DNA of 64,000 nt, from positions 25,606,001-25,670,000 of the forward strand of contig OX597823.1 in the NCBI GenBank assembly GCA_951406725.2, written 5' to 3'. This document shows, one piece after another, positions 13,501-24,440 of this stretch; the stretch's first letter is position 1, and each line of letters begins with the position of its first letter. Below the pieces are notes generated by a model. That model worked only from the letters and a program-made list of their open reading frames with translations, did no database searches and was not told the DNA's origin. Both the position numbers and the translations under genes were made by a program. The stretch is from Octopus vulgaris (taxonomy: Eukaryota).

Positions 13501-14235
13501 AAAGTTGGTTTGTGAAAGCACGTGGTTGAATATATAGAAAATAGTAAAAAGTGAAAAAACTACAGAAGGCTTAAAGGCTAAAAAATATATATATTTGAGT
13601 CAATATGTCTGAAGAATATTAAAAAAATTTTTTCTTACAATGACATAGTTTAGAAGAAAGACCGGTTTCGCGTTTAGCTTTTCAAATTTCTTACGACGTT
13701 ATGTTTATGTTGAACAGAGTTATCGTTATGTTTATGTTTAAAAGAGTTCTAAATAAGGGGAGGTAATGAGCGATTTCTTCCGGTGTAAGGGAGATAATCG
13801 CTTAAATTTTTTTCCTTTCCCTTGGTGTGAATTTCTCTGTATCAGTATGTTGGCATGGTTAAGTCTGGGCTTGTACTTTTCAATGAAGAATATTTCCTTG
13901 TTTAGTCTAATTTGTGTTGATGATCCGATAGCACATTGGTAAAATGGAAAGATTAAAAATTGTGGTAGTAGTTGCTTTGCGCATTTCTCAATGTGCTCAC
14001 TAAAAGGTATCATTCTGTATTCTGGGAATGCAATCTGTTGTCTATGCAGTGTGTATCTATGTCTGAGTGATAGTCCCGTGGATCCCACGTAGTCTTGGTG
14101 GCAGCCCGAGCATTTTATGATATAAATTATGTTTTCAGAGGCACAAGTAAAGTTAGATTTGATCTTGAATTTCTGTCCCTCTTTAAAGAGGAATTCTGAT
14201 CCTTCTAGCAGGTTGCACAGTTCGATCTATCACAT
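13498..14235 (-). mobile_element. Penelope-like element 3' end (GIY-YIG plus pLTR)
   Basis: IIYIIKCSGCHQDYVGSTGLSLRHRYTLHRQQI...RLNKEIFFIEKYKPRLN; flanked by (TA)n. Confidence 0.88.
13654..13692 (-). ncRNA. Minimal type I hammerhead ribozyme, U3-A8 core variant
   Basis: AAGAAA-U-UUGAAAA-GC(UAAAC)GC-GAAA-CCGG-UC-UUUCUU: 6-bp stem I, short stem II, palindromic ACCGGU stem III, GUC site; just 3' of the PLE ORF, same sense. Confidence 0.7.
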
Positions 14236-14280
14236 TTTTTTTACTTTTGCATCCGTAATTTCAGAAAACAATTTTGCCTT

Positions 14281-14333
<53 letters not shown>

Positions 14334-14337
<4 letters not shown>

Positions 14338-14507
14338 TAAATTAGAGACAAAACCTCTATTATGCAAATCAAACAAAGAAAGACTTAAGCCAATACATAA
14401 AATAATTTATATAATTAAATTTAATTATATAAATTATTTTATGTATTGGCTTAAGTCTTTCTTTGTTTGATTTGCATAATAGTGGTTTTGTCTCTAATTT
14501 AATATAA
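14334..14507. repeat. Near-perfect palindrome of about 170 bp between (TA)n tracts
   Basis: attaaattagagacaaaacc...aattaaatttaatt...ggttttgtctctaatttaat; centre near 14419. Confidence 0.9.
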
Positions 14508-14590
14508 TATAATATTTTACTATAAAATTGGATTCAATCCTAAATCTGATTTTTCCCTGTAAATTTGGATTTATTCCCTAATATTTGTTA

Positions 14591-14649
<59 letters not shown>

Positions 14650-15008
14650 TCAATGGTGGGGTTGTGTTAACCGCACGTGGAGAAATGATAGGAAAAGAAA
14701 AATAATAAGGCAGAATGCTAAACTGAAAGCAAATTTTAATATAAATGAGTGTAAGAAAAATTTAAAAAGGAAATCAAACCGACTTTCATTGCAAGGCAAA
14801 TTTTCAAGATGAGGAAGGGGAAAAATAATAATGTTTTTTTCAAAAAATTAATAAATATATACAAAAATTAATAAATAAGTATACCAATACATTGTAGTGT
14901 CTTTATGCTTTTAAAGTTCAATATTATTCCATGGAAAAACTTCTTTGGGGGATTAGGATGCATGTGTTTTAGTGTAGTGTTTTGTTTAAGAAGGTTGGGT
15001 GTTTATGT

Positions 15009-16164
15009 GTACCGGTTTCAGTCATTTTGAGACCTTTTCAACTGTAACGATTAAATAATTAAATTTAGAAAAATTAAAAGAAATGTTTTTTTAAAGGAAT
15101 ATTTGTATAGTGTTCAAATATAAGTGGCATTTTCCTTGTTTCTGCCTTGCTCTGTCTCTCTTGTTCACACTTGTGGGTTCGAGGTCGTAGTGAATTCTTG
15201 GTAGGGAAGAAGAAGAAGGATGATGAGGAGAAGGGGGGAAGTTTTGGGAGTGCCTTGATTGTTGTATTTTGAATGGTCAGTGGCGGCTAGCAGTTCATGA
15301 GAGTATTTCTATTGAAAGGTTTGTCTATAGAATTTACGTAGGTGTTATACTAAAAAGCATTAGTGATAAAGTTAGGAGGTAGAAGGGGGAGAAGAAGATG
15401 AAGAAGAAGAAGAAGAAGAAGAAGAAGAAGAAGAAGAAGAAGAAGAAGAAGAAGAAGAAGAAGCTATAACCAATAGCGTGCCAACTTTAAGTCATACAAC
15501 ACACTACTTCCACTCATTCATATTCTCTCTCCTCTTTCTTCTTCTTCTTCTTCTTCTTCCCCTTCTTCATCATTATCATCATCATCATCTTCTTCTACTT
15601 CCTCTTCTTCTTCTTCTTCTTCTTCTTCTTCTTCTTCTTCTTCTTCTTCTTCTTCTTCTTCTTCAGCATCACCAACATCGTTATCATCATCATCATCATC
15701 ATCATCATCTTCTTCTTCTTCTTCTTCTTCTTCTTCTTCTTCTTCTTCTTCTTCTTCTTCTTCTTCTTCTTCTCCCCCTTCTACTTCCTAACTTTATCAC
15801 TAATGCTTTTTAGTATAACACCTACGTAAATTCTATAGACAAACCTTTCAATAGAAATACTCTCATGAACTGCTAGCCGCCACTGACCATTCAAAGTACA
15901 ACAATCAAGGCACTCCCAAAATCCCCCCTTCTCCTCATCATCCTTCTTCTTCTTCTTCTTCTTCTTCCCTACCAAGAATTCACAACGACCTCGAACCCAC
16001 AAGTGTGAACAAGAGAGACAGAGCAAGACAGAAACAAGGAAAATGCCACTTATATTTGAACACTATATAAATATTCCTTTAAAAAAACATTTCTTTTAAT
16101 TTTTCTAAATTTAATTATTTAATCGTTACAGTTGAAAAGGTTTCAAAATGACTGAAACCGGTAC
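15009..16164. mobile_element. Inverted PLE pseudo-LTR pair (about 450-bp arms with (GAA)n/(CTT)n)
   Basis: 15009-15465 mirrors about 15700-16164; each outer end carries a hammerhead-like motif. Confidence 0.85.
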
Positions 16165-16169
16165 TGAAA
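16126..16169 (+). ncRNA. Minimal hammerhead ribozyme, U3-A8 core variant (antisense partner at 15009-15047)
   Basis: UUACAG-UUGAAAA-GGUU(ucaaaau)GACU-GAAA-CCGG-UA-CUGAAA: stem I CAG/CUG, palindromic ACCGGU, GUA site. Confidence 0.7.
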
Positions 16170-16214
16170 TGTTCTTTATAAAACTATTTTAGCATTTTCT
16201 ATTTTGACTTATTT

Positions 16215-16256
<42 letters not shown>

Positions 16257-16398
16257 CTAAAGCCCATGCAGTAGAACAGTGTCTTCAAGTAAGTCAGTAT
16301 GAGAAGTACACGTAAGCCTATGCTATCGTAATACAACAGTATTACAAAAGCCTTAGAGTGCCTTTAGTAAATTAGAAGAGGTACACCAAGGGAAGATG

Positions 16399-16462
16399 AA
16401 AGAGGCTAAATCGGCTTAGCAGGAACGGACTTCAAGTCCGTTCCTGCTAAGCCGATTTAGCC

Positions 16463-16467
<5 letters not shown>
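16399..16467. repeat. Perfect inverted repeat with 34-bp arms and a 1-nt centre
   Basis: aaagaggctaaatcggcttagcaggaacggactt-c-aagtccgttcctgctaagccgatttagcctcttt. Confidence 0.95.
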
Positions 16468-16524
<57 letters not shown>

Positions 16525-19500
16525 TTTATAGAAAAACATAAATCCGGAGAAAAAACACTCTAAAAAGTAGAGCAGTCTATATTTATTCCTGGTGAAGGCC
16601 GGTTTATGGAGTTACCTTGGGTTTCTCGTCCATAAAATGTTCAAACTTATGGCGTATAGTCAGACCCTAATACCTTTAGGCCTAAGACCTTAAAATATGA
16701 AGGGGAGAAGACTCGGTAGAAAGAGAGGTGTAAACAAGTTGGTTATCTCCCTTTACTAAGGGCTATCGACTTCCGCCCGTACCGCCATCATTCAGCTATG
16801 AGGGTAAACAATAAGGGATTATCCTTCTCTCACGTTAGCTATCAAATTCCGGCTGTGCTGCCATCTTACAGTTCCCAATATACCAGCAGAAATTTCCTAA
16901 AATGCAAACAAGGCCTTAAAATCTCCGTTCTGGAGTTAAGTATAGTCCCTGGTTCGAGTGAGACTTTTAGGATTCTCGTGCGTTCGGCTATGCATACTTT
17001 GTAGCGTTTCGTCCCGTTGATGTAGGAGCCTGGGTTTTCGAGGATTTCCCATGACATCGAGTGTGGAACTCTGTCCTCTTTTAGTTGCCAAATGTGGCTG
17101 GCCAGCGATGTTACGTATCTCCTTTCCAAGACTCTGAAAGAGGATCCATGGTTGGAAAATCGTATCTTGAACGAATTTCCAATACAACCATTGTATTTTC
17201 GTGAACGTGCAATGTCGGTACTCGTTCCTATTATTGATGTTGTTTGTACCCCCTGCTGGGGTTGCTGCCGCTGCTGTTGTTATGGTTGTTGCTGCTGATG
17301 TGGTTGCTGTCATTGTTGTCACCGATGTTATTGTTGCTGCTGTTATTGTTGCTGCTGTTGTTGTTACTGCTGTTGATGAAGTTGATGCTGATAATGTTGG
17401 AGCTAGGGCTGTTGGTGTTGGTGCCGGGGCTGCTGGTGTTTGTACTGCTGGAGGTGGTTGTTGCGTCGGTACTGCTACCGCCCCTGCGTGTGTTGCCGGT
17501 AATGCACCTGTTGATGCTGTTACTAATACTGTCAATGTTCTCGCCGATGCTGTTGCTGCTATTGCTCCTGTTGTTGTTGTCGTCGCCTACGATCCTGATG
17601 CTGGAGCTGTTGGTGGAGGTGGGGATGGTGATGATAGTGATGCTGCTATCATCTTTGCCGGTTATGCAGGAGGCGCTGTAGTTGCTAACGCAGTGCCTAA
17701 AGTGGTTACTAACATTATTGCGGTTTTCACCGATATTGGTGGGTGGGGAGTACTTCTGCCAGAGCTGTCATTAGTCGAGCTTCTGCTGGTGCTTCTGCTA
17801 GGGTCGCTGCCGCTGCTGATGGTGTTGTTGCCGATATAGGTGGTGTCGGCATTGGATCTGTTACTGCTGCTGCAATCGGTCCTGTCAGTGTAGGCGTTGG
17901 CAGGTCTGCTGCTGTGGACATCAGGGAAGCTGTTGGTGTTGGTGTCAATGTTGTTGCTTTTATTGGTGTCGATGCTGTCGCTAAAGCTGTCCACTGTGGT
18001 GGTGTTGGCTCTGTTAGTTCAGTTGTATCTACGGCCACTTTTGTTTCTGCTGGTAGAATTGTCAGGGTTCAATCGTACTTCGGCTTGACAGACTACTCCT
18101 TTGGTTTTGTAGTGGCCTCCTACCGGCCGACTGTTGCGGATCCTGCATGAACAGCCTGCCCCTTCCTGTAGCCTATGGGCGCTAACTAGCATGCTCTTAA
18201 TATTGGGGGCACAATTAAACGAGACTCTAACGTTGTGCCTCGTGAAAATTAGTCCGTACATATGGGAGCTTGTTAAGTGCTTGTCTATTAATTTAAGGAA
18301 AAGTCTACCTACGGGCGTTATAGTGTGACGGGAGAAGTGGGTGCAAGCCAAATTGCATTTCGGCAGTGTTTCTTTTTGCGGTTGTTGGGTACCGGTATAT
18401 AGGAGAGGCGGTCCCTAAGCCCACTGGCAGCTAGGGCTTCATTATAGTATGGGGCCGACGCGTCGAAGGCTTCTTGGTTAGAGAAAAGGTTTGAACTCCT
18501 TTTGCTAATACCTTTACCAGATTCCTGAACACGATGGGTGGGTGACAGGAGGCTGTGTTGGTGTATGTTTGCCTCTCGTTTGGTTTACGGTAAGGCCCGT
18601 GAGTATCGGAGCCCAAATCCAGCGTGATGTCTAAGAAATACGCTGTGGTGAGATTGGTTTCTATGGTGATCTTCAATCCCATAGCGACAAGCGTGCTGAT
18701 TAAGTCCTTCCTAAACCCATCTAGTGTATGGCCACTTGCTCCCTTAGAGATGGCCAGGGCGTTATCTCTGTAGAGACTAAAGAGGACAGATATGAATTTT
18801 TTTCCTAAAGGTATCCAGTATGTACAACACATCGCTGCGTCAAAGGAGCCCGTGAGGTCGGATTTCTTGACCCATCCCGAATTTTTGTTAAACAGTACTG
18901 TCTTCCTGGCATGCATTATAATTTCTACATCTCTGTCGCTAACGCTAGTGAAGCCCCTAGCGAAACAAAGCGCTTTGGTCAGTAGCCCTTTTAATATAGA
19001 CGGGTAAAAGTCGACTATATCAAATTGGGTGAAACTTGCCCTGCCTCTACCCTTGATGACGTTATAAGGAAAGGTTGGTGACCCCTACATCACCGGGACA
19101 AAATTCTGCAAGCTATGAATCTATGCATAGCCGAACGCACGAGAATCCTAAAATTCACCAAAGGAAACCAGGCACTATACTAAATTCCAGATCGGAGATT
19201 TTCGGGCCATGTTTGCATTCTAGGAAATTTCTGCTGGCATTTTGGGAACCGCAAGGTTGCGGTACAGCCGGAGGTTGGTAGCTAACGGGAGAGAGAGAGA
19301 TAATCCCTTATTCTTTACTCTGAATGATGTCGGTACGGGCGGAAGTCGATAGCCATTAGCAAAGGGAGACAACCCCCAACTTGTTTACAACTGCCTTTCT
19401 ACCGAGACTTCTCTTCATATTTGAAAGAGGTCTCAGGCCAACAGGTTTTGGGTTCTGACTATACGCCATAAGTTTAAAACATTAGTGGGCGGGAAACACA

Positions 19501-19548
19501 GGGTAACCCCATAAACCGGCCTTCATCAGGAAAAAAATTATATATAGA
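16525..19548 (-). mobile_element. Penelope-like retroelement (5'-truncated RT, split GIY-YIG, inverted pLTR)
   Basis: RT motifs FTQFDIVDFYPSI and LYRDNAL, plus FLDITLDL and YRKPN; endonuclease halves KGVVCQAEV (about 18080) and KYNGCIGNSFKIRFSNH (about 17190); 19118-19548 is an inverted copy of about 16575-17000. Confidence 0.9.
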
Positions 19549-19777
19549 GTGATATGTAATTGTAAGATCCAAGGATCTAGATGTAATATGTGTGTATGTA
19601 TGTATGTATGCATGTATGTATGTATGTATGTATGTATGTATGTATGTATGTATGTATGTATGTATGTATGTATGTATGTATGTATGTATGTATGTATGTA
19701 TGTATGTATGTATGTATGTATGTATGTATGTATGTATGTATGTATAAGGGGAAATTCAGTTGGCTTACCATTTTTTT

Positions 19778-20434
19778 ATGTCAGGTCACTTTCGAGTGCT
19801 ACTGGTAACATGTAACCCAGTACAACCTGTTGCATGGTCGGGTCATCGGCGACTAAACCGGCAACCCCACCAAGCTTGCTTGGTGAGGAGGTTGTTTATT
19901 GGACACCCTGCGGAATGAAAAACAAAACCCGTCAAAGAGCAGAGGAACTCTTGAGAGTCAACGGCCATCCAATAAATGTTTTAAGGCTGCATCATGCGCG
20001 GGGACATAGAAATAATCGGACTGAATACCCGATCGCGCTGTTAAACTATTGGGAGTGAAGGACTCCTAGCATTTGTTAGGGCATCCTTCTAGAAGAAGGT
20101 AACTCAGGTAACTGGGATAACTCTGACATAAAACCTGCGGCTCAGTGGTTACCGATGATGTTGACTTGTACTTCTTTTCGGATTATGGCTGCTGTAGCTT
20201 AGTGAGTGGGATTGACTCAGTGCACAGCCTTTCCTCACTTTAAAAAAATCCTCTTGCACAGGCATTGCACGATAACAACATTGATTAAGCTTCGTGCAAT
20301 GGCTATACTCAATAACGAGGGGGCAGCCACCACCATGTATGTATGTATGTATGTATGTATGTATGTATGTATGTATGTATGTATGTATGTATGTATGTAT
20401 GTACGTATGTATGTATGTAAGTATGTATGTATGT
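19778..20434 (+). mobile_element. Non-autonomous retroposon with (ATGT)n tail and long target-site duplication (RTE-type inferred)
   Basis: GC-richer 557-bp body ends gcagccaccacc followed by (ATGT)n; identical 34-mer ataaggggaaattcagttggcttaccattttttt at 19744-19777 and 20435-20468, each preceded by (ATGT)n. Confidence 0.7.
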
Positions 20435-20459
20435 ATAAGGGGAAATTCAGTTGGCTTAC

Positions 20460-20555
20460 CATTTTTTTGACCATTTGTGGAGCAAATACATTCATGAGTG
20501 GATAAACACCAAACAACAAGCTGATTAAAGTATTGTTCATTCCACGACGTTTAGC
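20460..20555 (-). CDS. SLC18B1: SLC18B1-like copy A, coding exon 2 (AKRRGMNNTLISLLFGVYPLMNVFAPQMVKKM)
   Basis: Acceptor ttttttcctgcag, donor ATG|GTAAGC; 96 nt; resembles AEKKGASNTIIGMIFG of vertebrate SLC18B1 (recalled sequence). Confidence 0.85.
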
Positions 20556-22816
20556 CTGCAGGAAAAAATATCCATTTCGTTCATTAAATCTCATCAGACA
20601 TACAGGTGTAATGGTGCATTATTGTAGGGACAAGTCCACATATTTTGTAGGAAGAATACAGTCGTTAAACTTAGACTCTAGTGCTTTACTAGTACTGACT
20701 TTATTTATATCCATAGAATGAAAGACAAATTCTACTCCACTCCGTTAGAACAACTAAATACAGCCAATCTGTCTGCCTTTTAAACATACACCATTCTTTT
20801 CTCAATCCCAATAACAACTGCAACTGAGCAACAGATTAAGCGATGGTAAACCGAGTTCGTGACACTCTTAGTTGAGAAAGGCTTAGAAGCTACATAATCT
20901 AATTTTTTATAGTAAATTGACGATCATTCTCTCAAATCAAAAATTAATATTTGCATCATTAATCACAGGTGGAAAGCTACAAATCCAAAATAAAACGACC
21001 ATTCTAGATCTCTGTTGCAGTGCCTTGAACGGCGGTGCTGTCAGACATAGTACTCAATATTTAGCTATGTCTCTTTAGGTTCTGTGTTCAAAGCTCACTT
21101 GTAATTGGCACAGCTTTTCATTCATCCATGGTGTCTATACAATAGATATACTAGTTATATACTGAGGTCAACAGGCACACCCAAATAAGTTTCCCTTCAA
21201 GTTTAATCACTACAATTTGTGTTTCGTATGAAATCAATATTTCCTTTTTTTTTTTTAATATGGTTATCACCACTGTATGAAATGTTTTCGGTTCCTGTCA
21301 GCGCCTTCCCGAGATTTAGGTTCAATTCCTAGTTGCACCGATTTCACTTTACTTCTCCAACATCGTTAATGTCCAAGAGAAGGACATAAATAACACTCTG
21401 TTTTATATTTGTTCTCCGGTAAATTAAATATCATAGTTTTATTGTTTAACAAAGCAAATTTAAATAGTTTTAAAGAATTTACACCCAAGGAAATGTTTCT
21501 AATTGTGGAACAAAATTTGGTGCTCCTTTGGTATACGATCTACGTGCCATGAAACTGCTTTGGTATCAATCTGCAAAGTCTCATTGTGTTTGAACAGTTC
21601 ACAAGTATCCGGTCAGTTCATAAGTATCCGGATTGTTCATAAGTATCAGGTTGGTTCATAAATGTGGTGAAAATAGATTTTTATCAGTGTTAAGTGATTT
21701 CACAACACTGTGACCAAATTCTTCTGTGAACGGACGTTGAAAATTATTGTCTGATGTGATATTTGGTGAGAATAAAATATATTGTCCAAGAAACCCAAGT
21801 GTTGATCGAACCAATGATGGAGCTACATTCAGAACAACAATCTCTAATATGCCTGCACCTTTTTAAAGTCGAACGGAATCGGCGAAGTTTCGGCTCAGCA
21901 ACGGAATATGGCGATCGATTCAGCCAACTGTTGTACGCTCTCTCCTCCTCCATAGTTGTCAGAGAAGACTTCAAAGTGCAACGACCAACATGAGCGTAGT
22001 TGTTCCTTTGTAGCTGACAACGGGTTGGCCGTACAGTGGGTACGACCTCGACTACGAACACAAATGTGAGCTGAGAACCAAGCTCGGGCACCACCACGAA
22101 CACGAACACGATCATGAGCACGATCACGGCCATGAGCATGGCCACGAATACGGTCAAGAAGACGGCCACGAAGACGGCCGTGAGGACGACCACAAAGACG
22201 GCCACGATCACAACGCTGACCGCCCGGTAGCTGGCTACAAACGTATAACACACAAATACTCACACTCGTGCTGGAATTGTCGGCCGACAAGCGAACGGAA
22301 TCGCTGGAGCTTCCGCCAGGCGGGGGAATACGGCGATCGATGTGGTTTCAGAGAAATTTGCGGTAATTTTTAGAAGGTCATGTGATCATAGATTATTGCA
22401 ACTGAAACAATTTTCACCATAGGTCTGCTGAATCAGGATTGACCTGGAGCTTAACAACGGCAGCAACAACTCAGTGCTGGTGATGGAGCGTGAATAACTC
22501 ACTTCTTCACTGGCTATTGTTCTTATTTAATCCCAGTTCAGCTCAGCTTCGACAGCTCAATGACTGAAAGTCTTTCAACCATTATCAACACACCTTTTTT
22601 CCAGACAGTGAGTCAAGAACTACATTATCCAAAACAGCCTTTCTTGACGTTGTAATTGTTTTTGCTGTTGTTTAACCCCGGTTAATTCTTTGACGCAGTA
22701 GATCAAAACTGTTCTAACAGTAGTCATCACAGCGTTTATTAAGACATGGCTTTTCTGTCTGAATAAAAGATGTAAGGATATCCAATATATCTTTACATTT
22801 TTTTTTCTCAAGATAA

Positions 22817-23635
22817 TACGAGGGTCGGCTGAAAAGTTCATAGGCTGACCAATATACTCGCATGGAATGTGACCAAATGAGATTTCTTCCATTGGTGTTG
22901 CAGTGCTTGGATGCCATTGGTGAAAGACAATTCATCTGTTAGTCAAAAAAGTTAGCAGCAGCAGATATGACGTCATCATTTCTGCAATATTGGTTTCCAA
23001 CCGGTTTATTTTTTTCATATTAGGGAACAGATGATAAGTCAGATGAGGCCAAATCAGAAGAATAAGGAAGCCAATCAACCAGGTCAAAGCCACAGTCACG
23101 TACAGCACTCATTGAAACCATGTACTTGTATGCTGGAGCATTGACATTGGGAAGCCAGACCTCTTTCTTCAGTTTTTCTGGCTATTAGGTCTTGATAGCT
23201 CTTCGTAACTGCTTCAGCAAGTTGGCATAGTACTTTTCTTTGATGATGTGGCCCTTTAGAAGACAGTCAATGAACACAATGCCTTTTGCATCCTCAAAAT
23301 CTGATGCCATCATCTTCCCTGCAGATGAAACACCCTTGGCCTTCTTTGGAGCAGGTGAGGATTGATGTTTTCACTGCACAGATTATCTCTCTGTCTCTGG
23401 CTCAAAGCAATAAAGCCAACACTCATCCTGGGTTAGGAAACGTTTAAGAAAACCAGTTGGATCTGCCTCACACAATGTGAAATTTTCCCGTGATGTGATC
23501 AGCCTGGTGCACTTTTGATCATGTATCAGAAGACACTTCGTCCTATCAAGTAATATCAAGTTTTGCAGAATATTCTCAGCTCTCTCACAGCATATGTTAA
23601 TAGCATATACACTATAATTTCTGACACCGTCTTCA
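22817..23635 (-). mobile_element. Degenerate mariner element in intron 1 of copy A
   Basis: TIR-like tacgagggtcggctgaaaagttc; transposase remnants FLKRFLTQDECW..FEPE and PAPKKAK..SAGKMMAS. Confidence 0.8.
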
Positions 23636-23735
23636 TTGTCACTGCTATCTTAATAGAGAAAATACATTTAGGAGCAATTTTTTAGAGAATGAAAATACAT
23701 TGAGAGAATGAAGATATTTTAATAAGGTTACCTAC

Positions 23736-23927
23736 CTCAGCTGGATAGGTAACTTCTAGTAGAGGGAACATCGAAGCGGCTATCAAACGAGATAGCAACA
23801 GTGCCGTTATAAGCAATTTTTGTTGAGAAGCAATTTTCTTTGGTGAGTCAGATATTTCGTTGGTTGTTGAATCATTATTGTCTGGTACCTCCTCCGAATT
23901 CCTCATGATCTCCATATTGCTAGGCAT
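23736..23927 (-). CDS. SLC18B1: SLC18B1-like MFS transporter, copy A, first coding exon (MPSNME...LLEVTYPAE)
   Basis: ATG at 23925-23927; hydrophilic N-terminus then a TM segment ending YPAE (family FPxE position); donor GAG|GTAGGT; 192 nt, phase 0. Confidence 0.8.
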
Positions 23928-23931
23928 TTTA

Positions 23932-23944
23932 CTCTCTGTCTGTC

Positions 23945-23998
<54 letters not shown>

Positions 23999-24056
23999 TC
24001 TGTCACTGTCTCTCTCTCTTTCTCTTCCTCGTTCTCACTCTCTCTCTTCCTCGTCC

Positions 24057-24092
<36 letters not shown>

Positions 24093-24440
24093 TCGTTCTC
24101 ACTCTCTCTCTTTTTGTCTCTCTTGGTCTCTCTTTTTCTCTTGCACAGTCCCCTTTCTCACTGTCTCTCCTATTCACTGTCCCTCTTTCGCAGTGTTCCC
24201 TTTTCTCACTGTCCTTCCCTCTATGGCATTGAACTTTTCTGTAAGCTGCAACCCCTCTCACTATTCCCACACCCACACTGTTCCTTTCTCTCACTGTCCT
24301 TTCCTCTCACTATCTTACTGTACCGTTCTCTTGCTGTTTCTTCTTTCACTAACCATCTCTTACTTTTCCCTCTCCCACTATAACCTTACATGTCCTCCTC
24401 TCACTCCCACGCTTCCTCAGCTTCCTTCATTGTCTCTCTG
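23932..24440 (+). repeat. (CT)n-rich low-complexity tract immediately upstream of the copy A ATG
   Basis: Degenerate CT/CTGT repeats; purine-rich on the gene strand. Confidence 0.9.

Noticed and set aside
16575-16810. Hammerhead in the pLTR of the 16.5-19.5 kb PLE
   Set aside because: ctgatga/ctgaatga-like words are present, but I could not place a GAAA and stems in the correct geometry.
17201-18150. Plus-strand Val/Ala-rich membrane-like ORFs
   Set aside because: Antisense reading of the low-complexity insert inside the PLE.
21594-21663. CRISPR-like short repeats
   Set aside because: Tandem units without unique spacers, no cas genes, eukaryotic context.
23929-24294. Arg/Glu-rich ORF ending just before the transporter ATG
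   Set aside because: GTG start and (GA)n-derived composition; no evidence of coding function.
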